Shown: one piece after another, positions 29,143-38,986 of the stretch
How the letters are laid out: every line of letters starts with the position of its first letter
Numbering within the stretch: position 1 is the first letter of the stretch
From: Elusimicrobiota bacterium
GTDB taxonomy: Bacteria > Elusimicrobiota > Elusimicrobia > F11
Direction: 5' to 3'
Length of the DNA: 57,110 bases
Assembly (NCBI GenBank): GCA_046153645.1
Contig: JBJXGI010000063.1
Coordinates: forward strand, 1 to 57,110
Position numbers and translations under genes: made by a program
Notes under the pieces: generated by a model
Seen by the model: only the letters and a program-made list of their open reading frames with translations
Database searches by the model: none
What the model was told of the DNA's origin: nothing

Positions 29143-30777
29143 ATGTCACTCAAACATAAACATGGAAACTTTCTAACCATTACCCCTATTCGAACGGTAT
29201 TCGGAATCTTAATACTTTTTATTTTTAATTTATCCATCTCAGCGGACCTTGTTTCAATAAAAACCAATCAAGGAACAATCAAGGCTGTCCCCAACCAGAT
29301 TCTTGTCCGTTATAAAAAAGGACAAATGAGTACCGGAAAATTAAGCGTTAAGAGATCCTTTGGCATCCAGGCGCAAAAAACACTCACTCAAATTGAAACG
29401 GAATTGGTCCCGGTTCCCAAAGGCCAAACGATCGAATCATTCATAGAACAAATGAAATCGAACCCCTACGTTGAATCTGCCGAACCCAACGGAATCATGA
29501 AAGCTTTTACGGCCCCAAATGACCCAAAATATGATTCTCAGTACTATTTAAATTCAACTCACATTAATATTGAACCCGCGTGGGATATTACTTTTGGAAA
29601 TGCTTCTGTTGTCACCGCTGTCATTGATACCGGCGTTGATTATAACCATCCAGATATTAATGACAACATGTGGATAAACCCATCCCCCTCAGGAACCTCA
29701 GGTGTCAACGGATCAAGAACGGAATTAGATTTTAATGGAGACGGAGACTGTGTTGATTCAGATGCAGAACTCGGCAATGAACAATGCGCTTCTAATGACC
29801 CCTTGGATAACAATAACCCTATTTATCACGGAACACGTGTTGCGGGCATTATTGCAGCTGAAACCAATAACGCAGCGCACGTTGCCGGCATTGCGCGAGG
29901 AACAAGGATCATGGCGGTTAAATGCCTCAATGAAGAAGGGTTCGGAACATTTTCTTCAATCGCGGATGCTATTTTATATGCGGTCAATAACGGAGCGAAT
30001 GTTATTAATTTAAGTTTGGGAGGCGATGGAGGATCGAGTGCGGTAAGCGCTGCCCTTGAACAGGCTTTTAACCGTGATATTGTGGTCGTTGCCGCCGCTG
30101 GAAATAGTGGAAACGCTTCTGCTGTTAGCTTTCCTGCCTCTGTTGAAAAAGTTATTGCCGTTGGCGCCACCACTTCAACAGACGCATTGGCTTTTTTTTC
30201 AAGCACAGGAAATAGTTTAGATTTGGTGGCTCCAGGAGTGGGCATTGTTTCACTTCGATCAACCAATCAATCGGATGGCAACGACATTGACGGCACGTCT
30301 TTTTCATCTCCAATGGTGGCAGGAGTCGCAGCGCTCATCAAATCTCTCAAACCAAACATGTCATTATTAGATGTCACAAAGTATCTTAATTTTACCGCGG
30401 ATGATTTAGGAGCTACAGGTTTTGATCATTCATTTGGCTTTGGACGATTAAATGCGACCAAAGCATTACAAGCCGTCAACAGCGGGACAATCTTTACCGC
30501 CAATCCTTCTTCTCCTAATAAATCTTTCCCTTATCCAAATCCTTTTAATCCATCAACGCACGGAACAATGTCTATTTCAATCCCCTCTCAATTGGGAAGC
30601 TCTGGTATTGAAATAACAATCTTAACGCTCTCCGGAGAAAAAGTAAAAACGATTTCAGGAACCAACGCATGGGATGGAAAAAATGAAGATGGAAATATCG
30701 TCTCTTCCGGCCTTTATTTTTACATTGCCAAAACTTCCTTAGGGGAAACCAAAGGGAAATTAACGGTACTCAAGTGA
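29143..30777 (+). CDS. S8 subtilisin-like serine protease with FlgD-Ig/T9SS-type C-terminal domain
   Basis: Catalytic motifs VIDTGVD, HGTRVAG and GTSFSSP; CTD YPNPFNP...WDGKN..G..VSSGLYFY...GKLTVLK. Confidence 0.93.
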   Translation: MSLKHKHGNFLTITPIRTVFGILILFIFNLSISADLVSIKTNQGTIKAVPNQILVRYKKGQMSTGKLSVKRSFGIQAQKTLTQIETELVPVPKGQTIESFIEQMKSNPYVESAEPNGIMKAFTAPNDPKYDSQYYLNSTHINIEPAWDITFGNASVVTAVIDTGVDYNHPDINDNMWINPSPSGTSGVNGSRTELDFNGDGDCVDSDAELGNEQCASNDPLDNNNPIYHGTRVAGIIAAETNNAAHVAGIARGTRIMAVKCLNEEGFGTFSSIADAILYAVNNGANVINLSLGGDGGSSAVSAALEQAFNRDIVVVAAAGNSGNASAVSFPASVEKVIAVGATTSTDALAFFSSTGNSLDLVAPGVGIVSLRSTNQSDGNDIDGTSFSSPMVAGVAALIKSLKPNMSLLDVTKYLNFTADDLGATGFDHSFGFGRLNATKALQAVNSGTIFTANPSSPNKSFPYPNPFNPSTHGTMSISIPSQLGSSGIEITILTLSGEKVKTISGTNAWDGKNEDGNIVSSGLYFYIAKTSLGETKGKLTVLK

Positions 30778-32321
30778 AAAAAACATCTTTAACTTTATTG
30801 ATTTTTTTTCTCTTTCAAACTCTTTCTCAGGCGGGTGTTTTTGACGGGGCCGGAACGACCAATGCCAATTTCTTAAAAATTCCTTTATCAGGCAGAGCTG
30901 CCGCCATGAGCGGCGCCTATACAGCCATTGACGGAGACATCAGTGCCATTGAATACAACCCTGCCGGCTTAAGTAAAATTCACAGGACAGATGTCCTTGC
31001 CTCGTATACTGATTATTTTGAAGGTGTCACTCTACAATCAATCGGTGTTGGTTTTCCGATGCATCTTTTCGGGAAAAATGGTCCATGGAATAATGAAAAC
31101 CCTTGGTCGAAAGTTTTTTGGGGAATCAACTATCGTGGTTTCCAAGCAAAGGACGAAGAAAGAACTATCTTGGGAGCAAAACGTGGTGAGTTCTCTTTAA
31201 AATCGCAAACATTTCAAGTTGGCGCTGCCGTCCCCGTTTCAGAACGGCTTTCATTGGGTTTATCAGGTCGATATCTTGAGCAAACCATTCAAAATATTTC
31301 CGCCAAGAATTTCGCTCTTGATACAGGTGCTATTTTTAAACTATCTTCAAAAACAAATTTTGGAGTTTCGCTTATCAATTTTGGCTCAAGTACTCAATTT
31401 CAAACAGAGTCGGACCCTCTTCCCACGGCATTAAGATCTGGAATCACAAGTCGATTTGGTCACCTTTTGCTCTCCTTAGATGTCATTCAAACCAGGGACA
31501 GCGTCTTAGGAAAAGCCTTGGGCGCCGAATATAACTTAGGAAAAATTCTTTATCTGCGCGCCGGGGTTCAACACGATACCAGTATTAAACCATCGGGTGG
31601 TATTGGTCTTCGATTGGCTGGCCCTGAAAAAGGTAGCCGTTATCTTACTCCTTCAAAATCAAAAAAATCAAACTCCACTCAAAAAACGAAAGATCTTGCC
31701 GCAGACAAAGATGCTGTTTTGACCACTGCCATGGATCAAATGGCTCGCGACATGACTCTGGATTTTAAAAATAGTCGCCCAGACCTTATTCAAGCGTCAC
31801 TGGCAGTTTTTCCATTCCAAATTGATGACCCTAAACACTCAAAAAAACTAACAACCGCTATTCATCTTGAATTTTTTCAAACTCAAGAGTACACGTTAAT
31901 TGAACCACAGAAAATATACGATCTTATTGAGAAAAATGGAATTGCGAGGAATCAACTCGAAAGCAGTTCGATTGCAATGGGAAAATCTCTTGGCGCCGAA
32001 TTGATTTTTCTTGGCAGCGTGGAACAAATTGATGAACGACTCTTATTGGCCGGCCGAATTGTCTCAACGGAAACAGGGAAAATATTGGCCACCAGCTATC
32101 AACAAATACCAAAAAGCGTTATGAGCGACAGCGCGATGAAGATTGAAAAGACCGATACAAAAAATACACCAGAACAAGACGAACCCAACAACAAAGTTAA
32201 CCTAAAATTTGAAAATCAATTAACTTCCCCCAATCGAGTTGAATTCGGCTTAGATTATGGCCTTCGAAACGAAGAGAATTTTGGAATTATCCACAGTGTT
32301 TCTCTGCGAATTATCTATTAA
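30774..32321 (+). CDS. PorV/PorQ (UPF0164) family beta-barrel with an inserted FlgO/CsgG-like domain
   Basis: NFLKIPLSGRAAAMSGAY...YNPAGL, DPLPTALRSG, YLRAG and terminal HSVSLRIIY; the insert has AVFPF...GKSLGAE...GRIVSTETGKILA. Confidence 0.85.
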   Translation: MKKTSLTLLIFFLFQTLSQAGVFDGAGTTNANFLKIPLSGRAAAMSGAYTAIDGDISAIEYNPAGLSKIHRTDVLASYTDYFEGVTLQSIGVGFPMHLFGKNGPWNNENPWSKVFWGINYRGFQAKDEERTILGAKRGEFSLKSQTFQVGAAVPVSERLSLGLSGRYLEQTIQNISAKNFALDTGAIFKLSSKTNFGVSLINFGSSTQFQTESDPLPTALRSGITSRFGHLLLSLDVIQTRDSVLGKALGAEYNLGKILYLRAGVQHDTSIKPSGGIGLRLAGPEKGSRYLTPSKSKKSNSTQKTKDLAADKDAVLTTAMDQMARDMTLDFKNSRPDLIQASLAVFPFQIDDPKHSKKLTTAIHLEFFQTQEYTLIEPQKIYDLIEKNGIARNQLESSSIAMGKSLGAELIFLGSVEQIDERLLLAGRIVSTETGKILATSYQQIPKSVMSDSAMKIEKTDTKNTPEQDEPNNKVNLKFENQLTSPNRVEFGLDYGLRNEENFGIIHSVSLRIIY

Positions 32322-32327
32322 CTTTAT

Positions 32328-34196
32328 TTAGATAGCTTTTCCTAAAAGACTTAAGGTTTCTCGCGCTTCTTCTAAGGTGGGATCAATCTCTAAACTGGAA
32401 CGCAATTCAACAACGGCATCTTCTTCTCTATCCATTTCAATGTATATTCTACCAACACCATAATGAGCCGCTGCCAAATTGGAATTCACTTTTAGCGCAT
32501 AGGCGTAATGATCTAAGGCCAAATCAAATTTACCTTCCATAAAACACAAATATCCCAAACCCAAATGAGCATCGGCACAAGTTGAATCAAGAGCCAAACA
32601 TGTTCTGTATTCACGGCGCGCTAAATCTATTTTCCCCTCCGATGCCAAGTCATTGGCGCGTTGAATTGAACGATCCACCTGTCGACCGAGCTTAAAGCTT
32701 TCTTCAGCGCTTACCACCGCAGGCTGTGGAAATTGGATAAGTTCAGATATCACCACTGGCTCAACAGGCAATAAAATTTCTTTTGGAGGAAGCACAGGCG
32801 GTGTTGCTGGCGGTTTGGGTTTCAACCATTCTTGAGGCGGGGGTGAAATAGGTTCTTGTTTATTAAAAACGGGTGGTGCTTGAAGGGGTTTTAGTTCAGG
32901 TAAAGACTCCGGTTTTTTTATCTCATTCGCATTCTGAAACATCGGCGGCGCAGATAATATCGGTGAAACCACTGTAGGAACTTCTTTAACTAACTTTTCA
33001 ACAACAAGGGGTTCCAATAAAATTTTTGTTTGTTGACTTTCAATTATTTTTTCAGCGGTGTCCGCCGTAATAACGACTTTCTTCTTAGATCTTTCTTTAA
33101 ATAATTTTCGTTTAACAATTAATATAGGCATCCATACAATTAATCCAAAACCAGTAAAACCAAATAAAATATATCTGTTTTTTTCTTGCAGCTTTTTAGT
33201 CGCTTCTGCTTGGGCAATAATTTCTTGTGCCTGCGCATCTTTTTTAAGCCGTGGGTGAGATAAATAATTAAGCGCTCTCTCACGAACCTGATCTTCTAAC
33301 AACATTTTTCCCAACATAAAAGAAGGAAGAGAATTTCTTGAATCAAGCGCGCGCGAAACAAATAAATTCTTATAGGCCTCTGGGCGATTTCCGGCTTCTA
33401 AATTGGCCAAGGCCTCTTGGTAATGTATTTGTGAAAAATCGACATGTTCTTTTTCAGTAAGCCGCCGTTTTCTCTCTCTAGGAATAGAGCTAAGAATTGC
33501 TGCCTTTTTCACTTCTTTGTTATTAACGGGTTCGACTTTTGGAGTCTCTGCAAGCTTATTTATTCTTTTTTTCTTTTCTACCACATGGACCGGGGGAGTA
33601 GCAACTACAACCGCGGGGGTAGGAGCTGCGACTAGGGGTTTTTTCTCAACTTCTGGTTTTGGTTCTTCAATCGGTTTTTTAATTTCGTCGATGGGAAATT
33701 CTGCCACTTTCTCAAGAGTTTCTTTTGGTTCTTCTTTAACGACAGGCGCCTCAACAGATTTTATTTTTTTAGTCGACTTCGAGGATATCTGAGCGTCTTT
33801 TGTTGCCGGTTTGGGAGCGACATTTAAATCTAATTTTGTTAATGGTTCAATAACCGGAACAGGAACTGCTTTATTATTAACATAGGCAGGATTTGGAATT
33901 TCACTTGGAATAATCTCTGTTTGAAACAGTTTATCAGGACGATCTCCCCATTGTTTAAGGGTTTTTCCGTTAATAAACATAATTTTATCTTTGGGGATTT
34001 CAATACGTCCATCTTTACCAAGAACAACAAAAGTTTCTGAGTTTTCTGTGATAAGGTTCCCGGATTGTAAGGTTCCATCTTTCATATAAATGCGCAGTTT
34101 TATATCAGCCGCTTGAAAATAAGCTGAAAAAAGCATCAAAATCGATGCCAAATAAAGAATCTTCCTCATTGGGGTTATCACCCTATAAGAATTCAT
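32328..34196 (-). CDS. TPR-containing bitopic membrane protein with Pro-rich linkers
   Basis: Signal peptide, TPR-like helices, one TM, three C-terminal TPRs (AHLGLG, AHYGVG). Confidence 0.8.
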   Translation of the reverse strand: MNSYRVITPMRKILYLASILMLFSAYFQAADIKLRIYMKDGTLQSGNLITENSETFVVLGKDGRIEIPKDKIMFINGKTLKQWGDRPDKLFQTEIIPSEIPNPAYVNNKAVPVPVIEPLTKLDLNVAPKPATKDAQISSKSTKKIKSVEAPVVKEEPKETLEKVAEFPIDEIKKPIEEPKPEVEKKPLVAAPTPAVVVATPPVHVVEKKKRINKLAETPKVEPVNNKEVKKAAILSSIPRERKRRLTEKEHVDFSQIHYQEALANLEAGNRPEAYKNLFVSRALDSRNSLPSFMLGKMLLEDQVRERALNYLSHPRLKKDAQAQEIIAQAEATKKLQEKNRYILFGFTGFGLIVWMPILIVKRKLFKERSKKKVVITADTAEKIIESQQTKILLEPLVVEKLVKEVPTVVSPILSAPPMFQNANEIKKPESLPELKPLQAPPVFNKQEPISPPPQEWLKPKPPATPPVLPPKEILLPVEPVVISELIQFPQPAVVSAEESFKLGRQVDRSIQRANDLASEGKIDLARREYRTCLALDSTCADAHLGLGYLCFMEGKFDLALDHYAYALKVNSNLAAAHYGVGRIYIEMDREEDAVVELRSSLEIDPTLEEARETLSLLGKAI

Positions 34197-34316
34197 CTAA
34201 ATCACATTGATTTCAAGAGGGTTTTATGGAAAATAAAAGAGTGATATACACTATTTGGACACCAACGAGTTGGCCAGTTCCTCCAAAACTGCTAAAACCC
34301 TTGACGTTGAACAATT

Positions 34317-34406
34317 GGAGAGGTGCGTGAGCGGTTGAAACGGCACGCCTGGAAAGTGTGTAGGGTCGTAAGATCCTCGTGGGTTCGAATCCCACCCTCT
34401 CCGCCA
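34317..34406 (+). tRNA. tRNA-Ser(GGA)
   Basis: GGAGAGG acceptor, CACGC-CTGGAAA-GTGTG anticodon arm, long variable arm, GGTTCGAATCC, encoded CCA. Confidence 0.97.
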
Positions 34407-34411
34407 CTTTA

Positions 34412-34484
34412 GGGGCTGTAGCTCAGCTGGGAGAGCGCATCGTTCGCAACGATGAGGCCGTCGGTTCGATCCCGATCAGCTCCA
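34412..34484 (+). tRNA. tRNA-Ala(CGC)
   Basis: GGGGCTG acceptor with G3-U70, CATCG-TTCGCAA-CGATG; CCA not encoded. Confidence 0.96.
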
Positions 34485-34499
34485 TATCTTTCTTTTAAT

Positions 34500-35615
34500 C
34501 TAAAAACCATCTGCTTCTTCAATAAAAATTTCTACTCCGTTTTTTATGACCGGAACATCAATAGCGCGTCGGTCAAACATGGGGGATCGGCCTCGACCAC
34601 GAACACTCATTCTAGAAGCTGTCACATTTTCATTCTTGACAAGATAGCTGTAAACCGACCACGCAAACAAACTACTGATATCCTGATCCAAAGCTACCGT
34701 TTTTAATGAAAAAGAATAACCATCTAGTTTTATGGGCGCCTGAGGATAGGCATTAACAATAATCCCCAACTCCTTCATCAACTCATCAGCGGAACTTAAT
34801 ATTTCAGGTTTTCCATTAGGAATTTGGAAATATTGTTCACGAGGAACTTGTACCAGAAGCCCATTTGGTGTTACAAAAATTTTAATTTTTTTAAGAACTT
34901 GTTCCAACATTTCTCGAGGTGAAACTTGAACTTCCACATCAATAAAAACAGGGTCATTCACATTCCCAGCAACGTCCCACCCCTGATAAGCACAACGATA
35001 TTTACCTGAAGGAACCAAAACTTGAGTTGAAGAATTCTTTCCATCCCATTCAAATTCACTACTAAACCCTTCCATCATTTTTAAATAAACCGTTTTTCCA
35101 GTCATGTCCATGACCTGGAATTGGCATTTCTCTATAGGAGACGCGTCTTTAACGCTGACATTAAATTTAACCCCTCCCCCATCCACCATAGATCTTGTAA
35201 AAACAGGAGAAGAACTATGAATATTAATTTCTGGTGCTGTAATATCCAAAGCAAAATCAACCAAAGCGTTATAATTATTTTTTTGGGTCCAGACAAAAAA
35301 TGCAGCTTGATATTTTCCCTCAATAGCGACGGAGTCTTTTCTATCTAATCCTTCCCACTTAAGCAGAGCAGGAACTCCAGGGCCAGACATTCGCGCCACT
35401 CGACCGCCCTTACTATTTCTAATATCTAGTCGCCAACGCAAGGGCTGATCCTTTCCCTGAAAAACAGGATAAAAAAAGACCTGCTCTTTAACTTCATCTC
35501 TATTAGGAGAAAAACCAGGGGGGTCAGCACGAAGAGACAATAAATTATTTTCAATTTGAGAAAACAATAAATCGGAAATAAGAAAAAAAAAGCTAAAAAA
35601 AATAACTTTCTTCAC
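34500..35615 (-). CDS. Secreted protein with two FlgD-Ig-like repeats and a degenerate OmpA-C domain
   Basis: FSPNRD, WEGLD...EGKY, WDGKN...VPSGKY and an OmpA-like tail (IKLDGYS...SVYSYLV...RMSVRGRG..P). Confidence 0.8.
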   Translation of the reverse strand: MKKVIFFSFFFLISDLLFSQIENNLLSLRADPPGFSPNRDEVKEQVFFYPVFQGKDQPLRWRLDIRNSKGGRVARMSGPGVPALLKWEGLDRKDSVAIEGKYQAAFFVWTQKNNYNALVDFALDITAPEINIHSSSPVFTRSMVDGGGVKFNVSVKDASPIEKCQFQVMDMTGKTVYLKMMEGFSSEFEWDGKNSSTQVLVPSGKYRCAYQGWDVAGNVNDPVFIDVEVQVSPREMLEQVLKKIKIFVTPNGLLVQVPREQYFQIPNGKPEILSSADELMKELGIIVNAYPQAPIKLDGYSFSLKTVALDQDISSLFAWSVYSYLVKNENVTASRMSVRGRGRSPMFDRRAIDVPVIKNGVEIFIEEADGF

Positions 35616-35822
35616 AGACGATTTCTCCAGTTTTAAATAAGTTTAAACTACCCAAAAAAATCGGGCACGATGGGACGAAAATCAAACTGCCCAGATTTCG
35701 CCGTTTGTTCCCCAGAGCCGAAAAACCCAGTTAATTCCTTCTTTTGAGTTGTCCTGGCCTTTCAACCTTGGCCGGATTGTGAACGGCGAGAAGGTTCTTG
35801 AGGAACTGGCCGCCACCGTCCC

Positions 35823-36248
35823 ATGAGTGCCTACAAAATAAAAACCGGTGGCCGTTACATCACAGCAACCGGTATTCCGGTACGAATAATTTCGGTGACG
35901 AACAAGGCGATCTTACTCAAAAGCCTCCAGTCCGACAATCGGTTTTCCGTTTCGGCGGGCTATCCGCTTCGAGCATCGAAGGAAAATAGGGAGGTCGTGA
36001 CTAACATGTCCCAGGAGTCCGCGGCATCCGCCAGGCCACTTGCCCCGCTGATCGACGCAATGCTCCTGAAAGGGGGGATGACAATGCGGGGCATCGTGCG
36101 TGAGCTCAAACGCAGGGCCAGCGCCTCGTGCAATGGGCGCGATGTCGCTGCCAACGTGCGCGCGCGGGTTTACTGGCTTAAGCGAAGGGGCTATCGGCCG
36201 GAGCGCGATTCAAGAGAGAAACTCAAAGTGACCCGGCCCAACAACTAA
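35823..36248 (+). CDS. Hypothetical basic protein, possible C-terminal winged helix
   Basis: Compact ORF inside the island; LIDAMLLKGGMTMRGIVREL...NVRARVYWLKRRG resembles a wHTH. Confidence 0.55.
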   Translation: MSAYKIKTGGRYITATGIPVRIISVTNKAILLKSLQSDNRFSVSAGYPLRASKENREVVTNMSQESAASARPLAPLIDAMLLKGGMTMRGIVRELKRRASASCNGRDVAANVRARVYWLKRRGYRPERDSREKLKVTRPNN

Positions 36249-36291
36249 AAGCCATTCAATATCAGTGTTTTTTGGTTCCTTTCTTGCGGTA

Positions 36292-36350
36292 GTTATATTT
36301 TAAGTGTAGAGTGTGCTATGTAGCAGCACAATATGCGCATAAAATATAAC
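36292..36350. promoter_or_regulatory. Inverted-repeat operator of the abiE operon
   Basis: 26-bp arms (36292-36317 and 36325-36350), 21/26 identical, overlapping the start codon; AbiEi is known to autorepress through inverted repeats. Confidence 0.7.
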
Positions 36351-37169
36351 GACACTATCAAAACGCTTGGGCCCCAAGCTGCCCGCTTTGTGACGGCACT
36401 GCACGAGCGGCAGCACCTTCTCTTCCAGCTGGAAGACGTCATCGGGATTACAGGGTTAAAGCCCGCCTCCGCCCGAAGTTTTATTCGGCAATTGGTGGGG
36501 CGAGGGATCGCCGCGCGTCTTCGTCCCGGGCTCTACAATCTGGTCCCGTTTGAGCTAGGGCGTGAAAAAGAGTTCATGGGAAATCCCTATGTCGTTGCCC
36601 GCGAACTGATTGGAGGACGGGGTTACTACGTTTCCCACGGCTCAGCGATGAGTATTCATCGCATGACCACCCAGCCCCAGCTCGTTGTGCATGTCACCTC
36701 TCCCAGGCCGATGAGAAACCGGACGATTCTCGGCACGGAATTCCGTTTTATCCGCTGCAAGCCGAATCATTTATTTGGTGTCGCCGAGTCTTGGGTGAAC
36801 AAACAAGAGAAGATTATGGTGAGCGATCCGGAACGCACCATCCTGGACGGATTAAAAGCTCCTGAATACTGCGGAGGAATCACCGAAGTGGCCAAGGCCC
36901 TCTGGATGCGACGAGATGCGATTGATACGAAAAAGCTCGTGAGATACGCCGTCCGGTTAGACGTGACCGCCGTGATTAATCGTTTGGGTCATCTCATGGA
37001 AGTCCTTGAAGTCGGATCTCAGACCGATTTGGAATCACTTCGCAGACGGTTAACGGCAACCTACGTCCTTTTTGATCCGCTTCTACCAGCCGAGGGGAAA
37101 TTCCTGGCTCGTTGGAGGCTTCGATTGAACGTAAGCGCTGAAGAAATAAAAGCCCTCCTGCGGACTTAA
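36333..37169 (+). CDS. abiEi: Type IV TA antitoxin, AbiEi family
   Basis: N-terminal wHTH (RLRPGLY), YYVSHGSAMSIH.MT.Q and SDPERTILD. Confidence 0.92.
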   Translation: MRIKYNDTIKTLGPQAARFVTALHERQHLLFQLEDVIGITGLKPASARSFIRQLVGRGIAARLRPGLYNLVPFELGREKEFMGNPYVVARELIGGRGYYVSHGSAMSIHRMTTQPQLVVHVTSPRPMRNRTILGTEFRFIRCKPNHLFGVAESWVNKQEKIMVSDPERTILDGLKAPEYCGGITEVAKALWMRRDAIDTKKLVRYAVRLDVTAVINRLGHLMEVLEVGSQTDLESLRRRLTATYVLFDPLLPAEGKFLARWRLRLNVSAEEIKALLRT

Positions 37170-37172
37170 GAC

Positions 37173-38012
37173 ATGATTCCTCAACGCAACCTTTCTCTGC
37201 TTTCAAATCGTTTGGCCAAAGGCGGCGGGCGCCGCATTCCAGAAGCCGTGCTTGAACGCGACTACTGCCTCGCATGGTTTTTGGTGGGCTTGTCGCGCCA
37301 GAAATTGGGACAGCGCTTGGTTTTCAAAGGGGGCACCGCGCTCAAGCGTTGCTACTTCGGGGATTACCGGTTCTCAGAAGATTTGGATTTCACTCTGACG
37401 GAAGAGACAACCTTTGAGATTATCCGCAAAGAATTGGAACCTGTTTTTGAAGATGTCGGCCAGCGATCAGGAATTGTGTTCCAATACGCTCGCGAAGACC
37501 GCCAGAGCCACGCCAACAGCCACACGTTTTACATCAGCTATGACGGCCCTTTGCCCGCAACCTCCGGCGGCAAAGATGTGAAAGTGGATATCACGATCAA
37601 AGAGAGGATGGCTTTCCCTATCGCAAAGCGTACTGTTTTGCGCGGCTATGAAGAATATGGGGACTTGCCGAAAGATGCGCACGTCGGTGTTTACTCGCTG
37701 GAGGAGATCGCCGCCGAGAAAATGGTGGCCCTCATGGACCGCGCAAGAAACGAACCGCGTGACCTTTATGATGTGTGGCACCTGGTGACGGAGAGCCATG
37801 TGAATTTGAACCATTTGATCGACGCCGTGGAAAAGAAGCTGGATTTCCGTGGCAAGAAACTAACTGACGTCCGAGGTGAATTTAAAGCGAAGGAAGCGCG
37901 GTTCAAAAAGCTGTGGGATATGCGGCTCTCCGCGCAGATGTCGACGCTCCTAGAATTCGAAGGCGTTTACCGATCGGTTCAACGCGCCTTTCGGCAGGCG
38001 GGGCTTTCCTAA
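37173..38012 (+). CDS. abiEii: Type IV TA toxin, AbiEii/DUF1814 nucleotidyltransferase
   Basis: LERDY, FKGGTAL, RFSEDLDF, AEKMVA and PRDLYD. Confidence 0.95.
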   Translation: MIPQRNLSLLSNRLAKGGGRRIPEAVLERDYCLAWFLVGLSRQKLGQRLVFKGGTALKRCYFGDYRFSEDLDFTLTEETTFEIIRKELEPVFEDVGQRSGIVFQYAREDRQSHANSHTFYISYDGPLPATSGGKDVKVDITIKERMAFPIAKRTVLRGYEEYGDLPKDAHVGVYSLEEIAAEKMVALMDRARNEPRDLYDVWHLVTESHVNLNHLIDAVEKKLDFRGKKLTDVRGEFKAKEARFKKLWDMRLSAQMSTLLEFEGVYRSVQRAFRQAGLS

Positions 38013-38061
38013 TCCAAGGTGTGATTGCAGAGGTATTGGGGGGTAAGCAATGAGGTCCCGA

Positions 38062-38967
38062 CTACACGCGTAGCAACTTGAAGATCTGAACGATGCCAAA
38101 AACTATCGCCCCTCCTCCTCCGATCACCTCTAAAAAAGCATATCGGCCCAATCTAGCAACGAGTTCTTTCTCATCGTTTGCGATTACAAGTTTTGAACCC
38201 GGGCCTTTTGAAACGAATGCGGTGGAGGTGAAGAGGTCGACTTGTTTTGGCGTTTTTGATTCCTCTAACGCTTTTTGATTGTCGAGATCCTTTTTATGTT
38301 TTGCGACTGCCATCTCCCATTCAATAGCGTCCACATGTCCATCTCGGTTGGCGTCGATTTGTTTCATTTTTTCTGTGTCTTTTTTGAGATTTTCGGCTGC
38401 TTCGCGGACAGACACTCCGGCACCGACACGCATTTCTTTTGGCAGAGGTTGCGCCACCCCAATAACAAAGAGCGGATCGCCTTCTCGAATAATTTCCGCC
38501 ACCAACTTCAAATTGTCCGAACTGCCTGAGAAGCTGGTCAACATCGACGATCGTCTCGTCAGTTTGTTGCTTAGATGCACTTCCGGTGAGTCTGGAATGA
38601 CAAGTACTCTACCGGTCGAATCTTGGCAATAAAACGGAGTTCCATTGGTATGTTTTTCATAGACGGTAATCCAGCGCCTATGTTTGCCGGATCCCCGCTC
38701 TTCTTCCACCTTGATGTGATAGTAAGCGCATGGCTGGAGATAAATTGGATCGACAAGTTCAACGTCGCGGGCGGCAGTTCCGGCCAATTCCACAGTTCCA
38801 ATAGCCATCGAGCGAATCTTGGATGTGGCAAGGCCTCTGACTCTCCGGCGAAGCTTTAACCGCGCGAACCCATGTATAAAGAAGATGGTCCCAAAAATAA
38901 GGACGACCACGACGGTCGTCCACGGTGAATCGGTTGTCCATTGAAGAAAGCCGATATTTAAGTCCAT
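38062..38967 (-). CDS. GIDE-domain membrane protein with an EF-hand insert
   Basis: TSKIRSMAIGTVELAG, CAYY, PFYCQDSTGRVLV, EF-hand DANRDGHVDAIEW, TM helices at both ends. Confidence 0.8.
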   Translation of the reverse strand: MDLNIGFLQWTTDSPWTTVVVVLIFGTIFFIHGFARLKLRRRVRGLATSKIRSMAIGTVELAGTAARDVELVDPIYLQPCAYYHIKVEEERGSGKHRRWITVYEKHTNGTPFYCQDSTGRVLVIPDSPEVHLSNKLTRRSSMLTSFSGSSDNLKLVAEIIREGDPLFVIGVAQPLPKEMRVGAGVSVREAAENLKKDTEKMKQIDANRDGHVDAIEWEMAVAKHKKDLDNQKALEESKTPKQVDLFTSTAFVSKGPGSKLVIANDEKELVARLGRYAFLEVIGGGGAIVFGIVQIFKLLRV

Positions 38968-38986
38968 CGGTCCTTAAACGAACGGA

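Noticed and set aside
32700..33900. Pro/Lys/Glu-rich stretches as DNA repeats
   Set aside because: Low-complexity protein linkers with no nucleotide-level repeat unit
34213..34407. 64-aa ORF MAERVGFEPTR...
   Set aside because: Antisense translation of tRNA-Ser(GGA)
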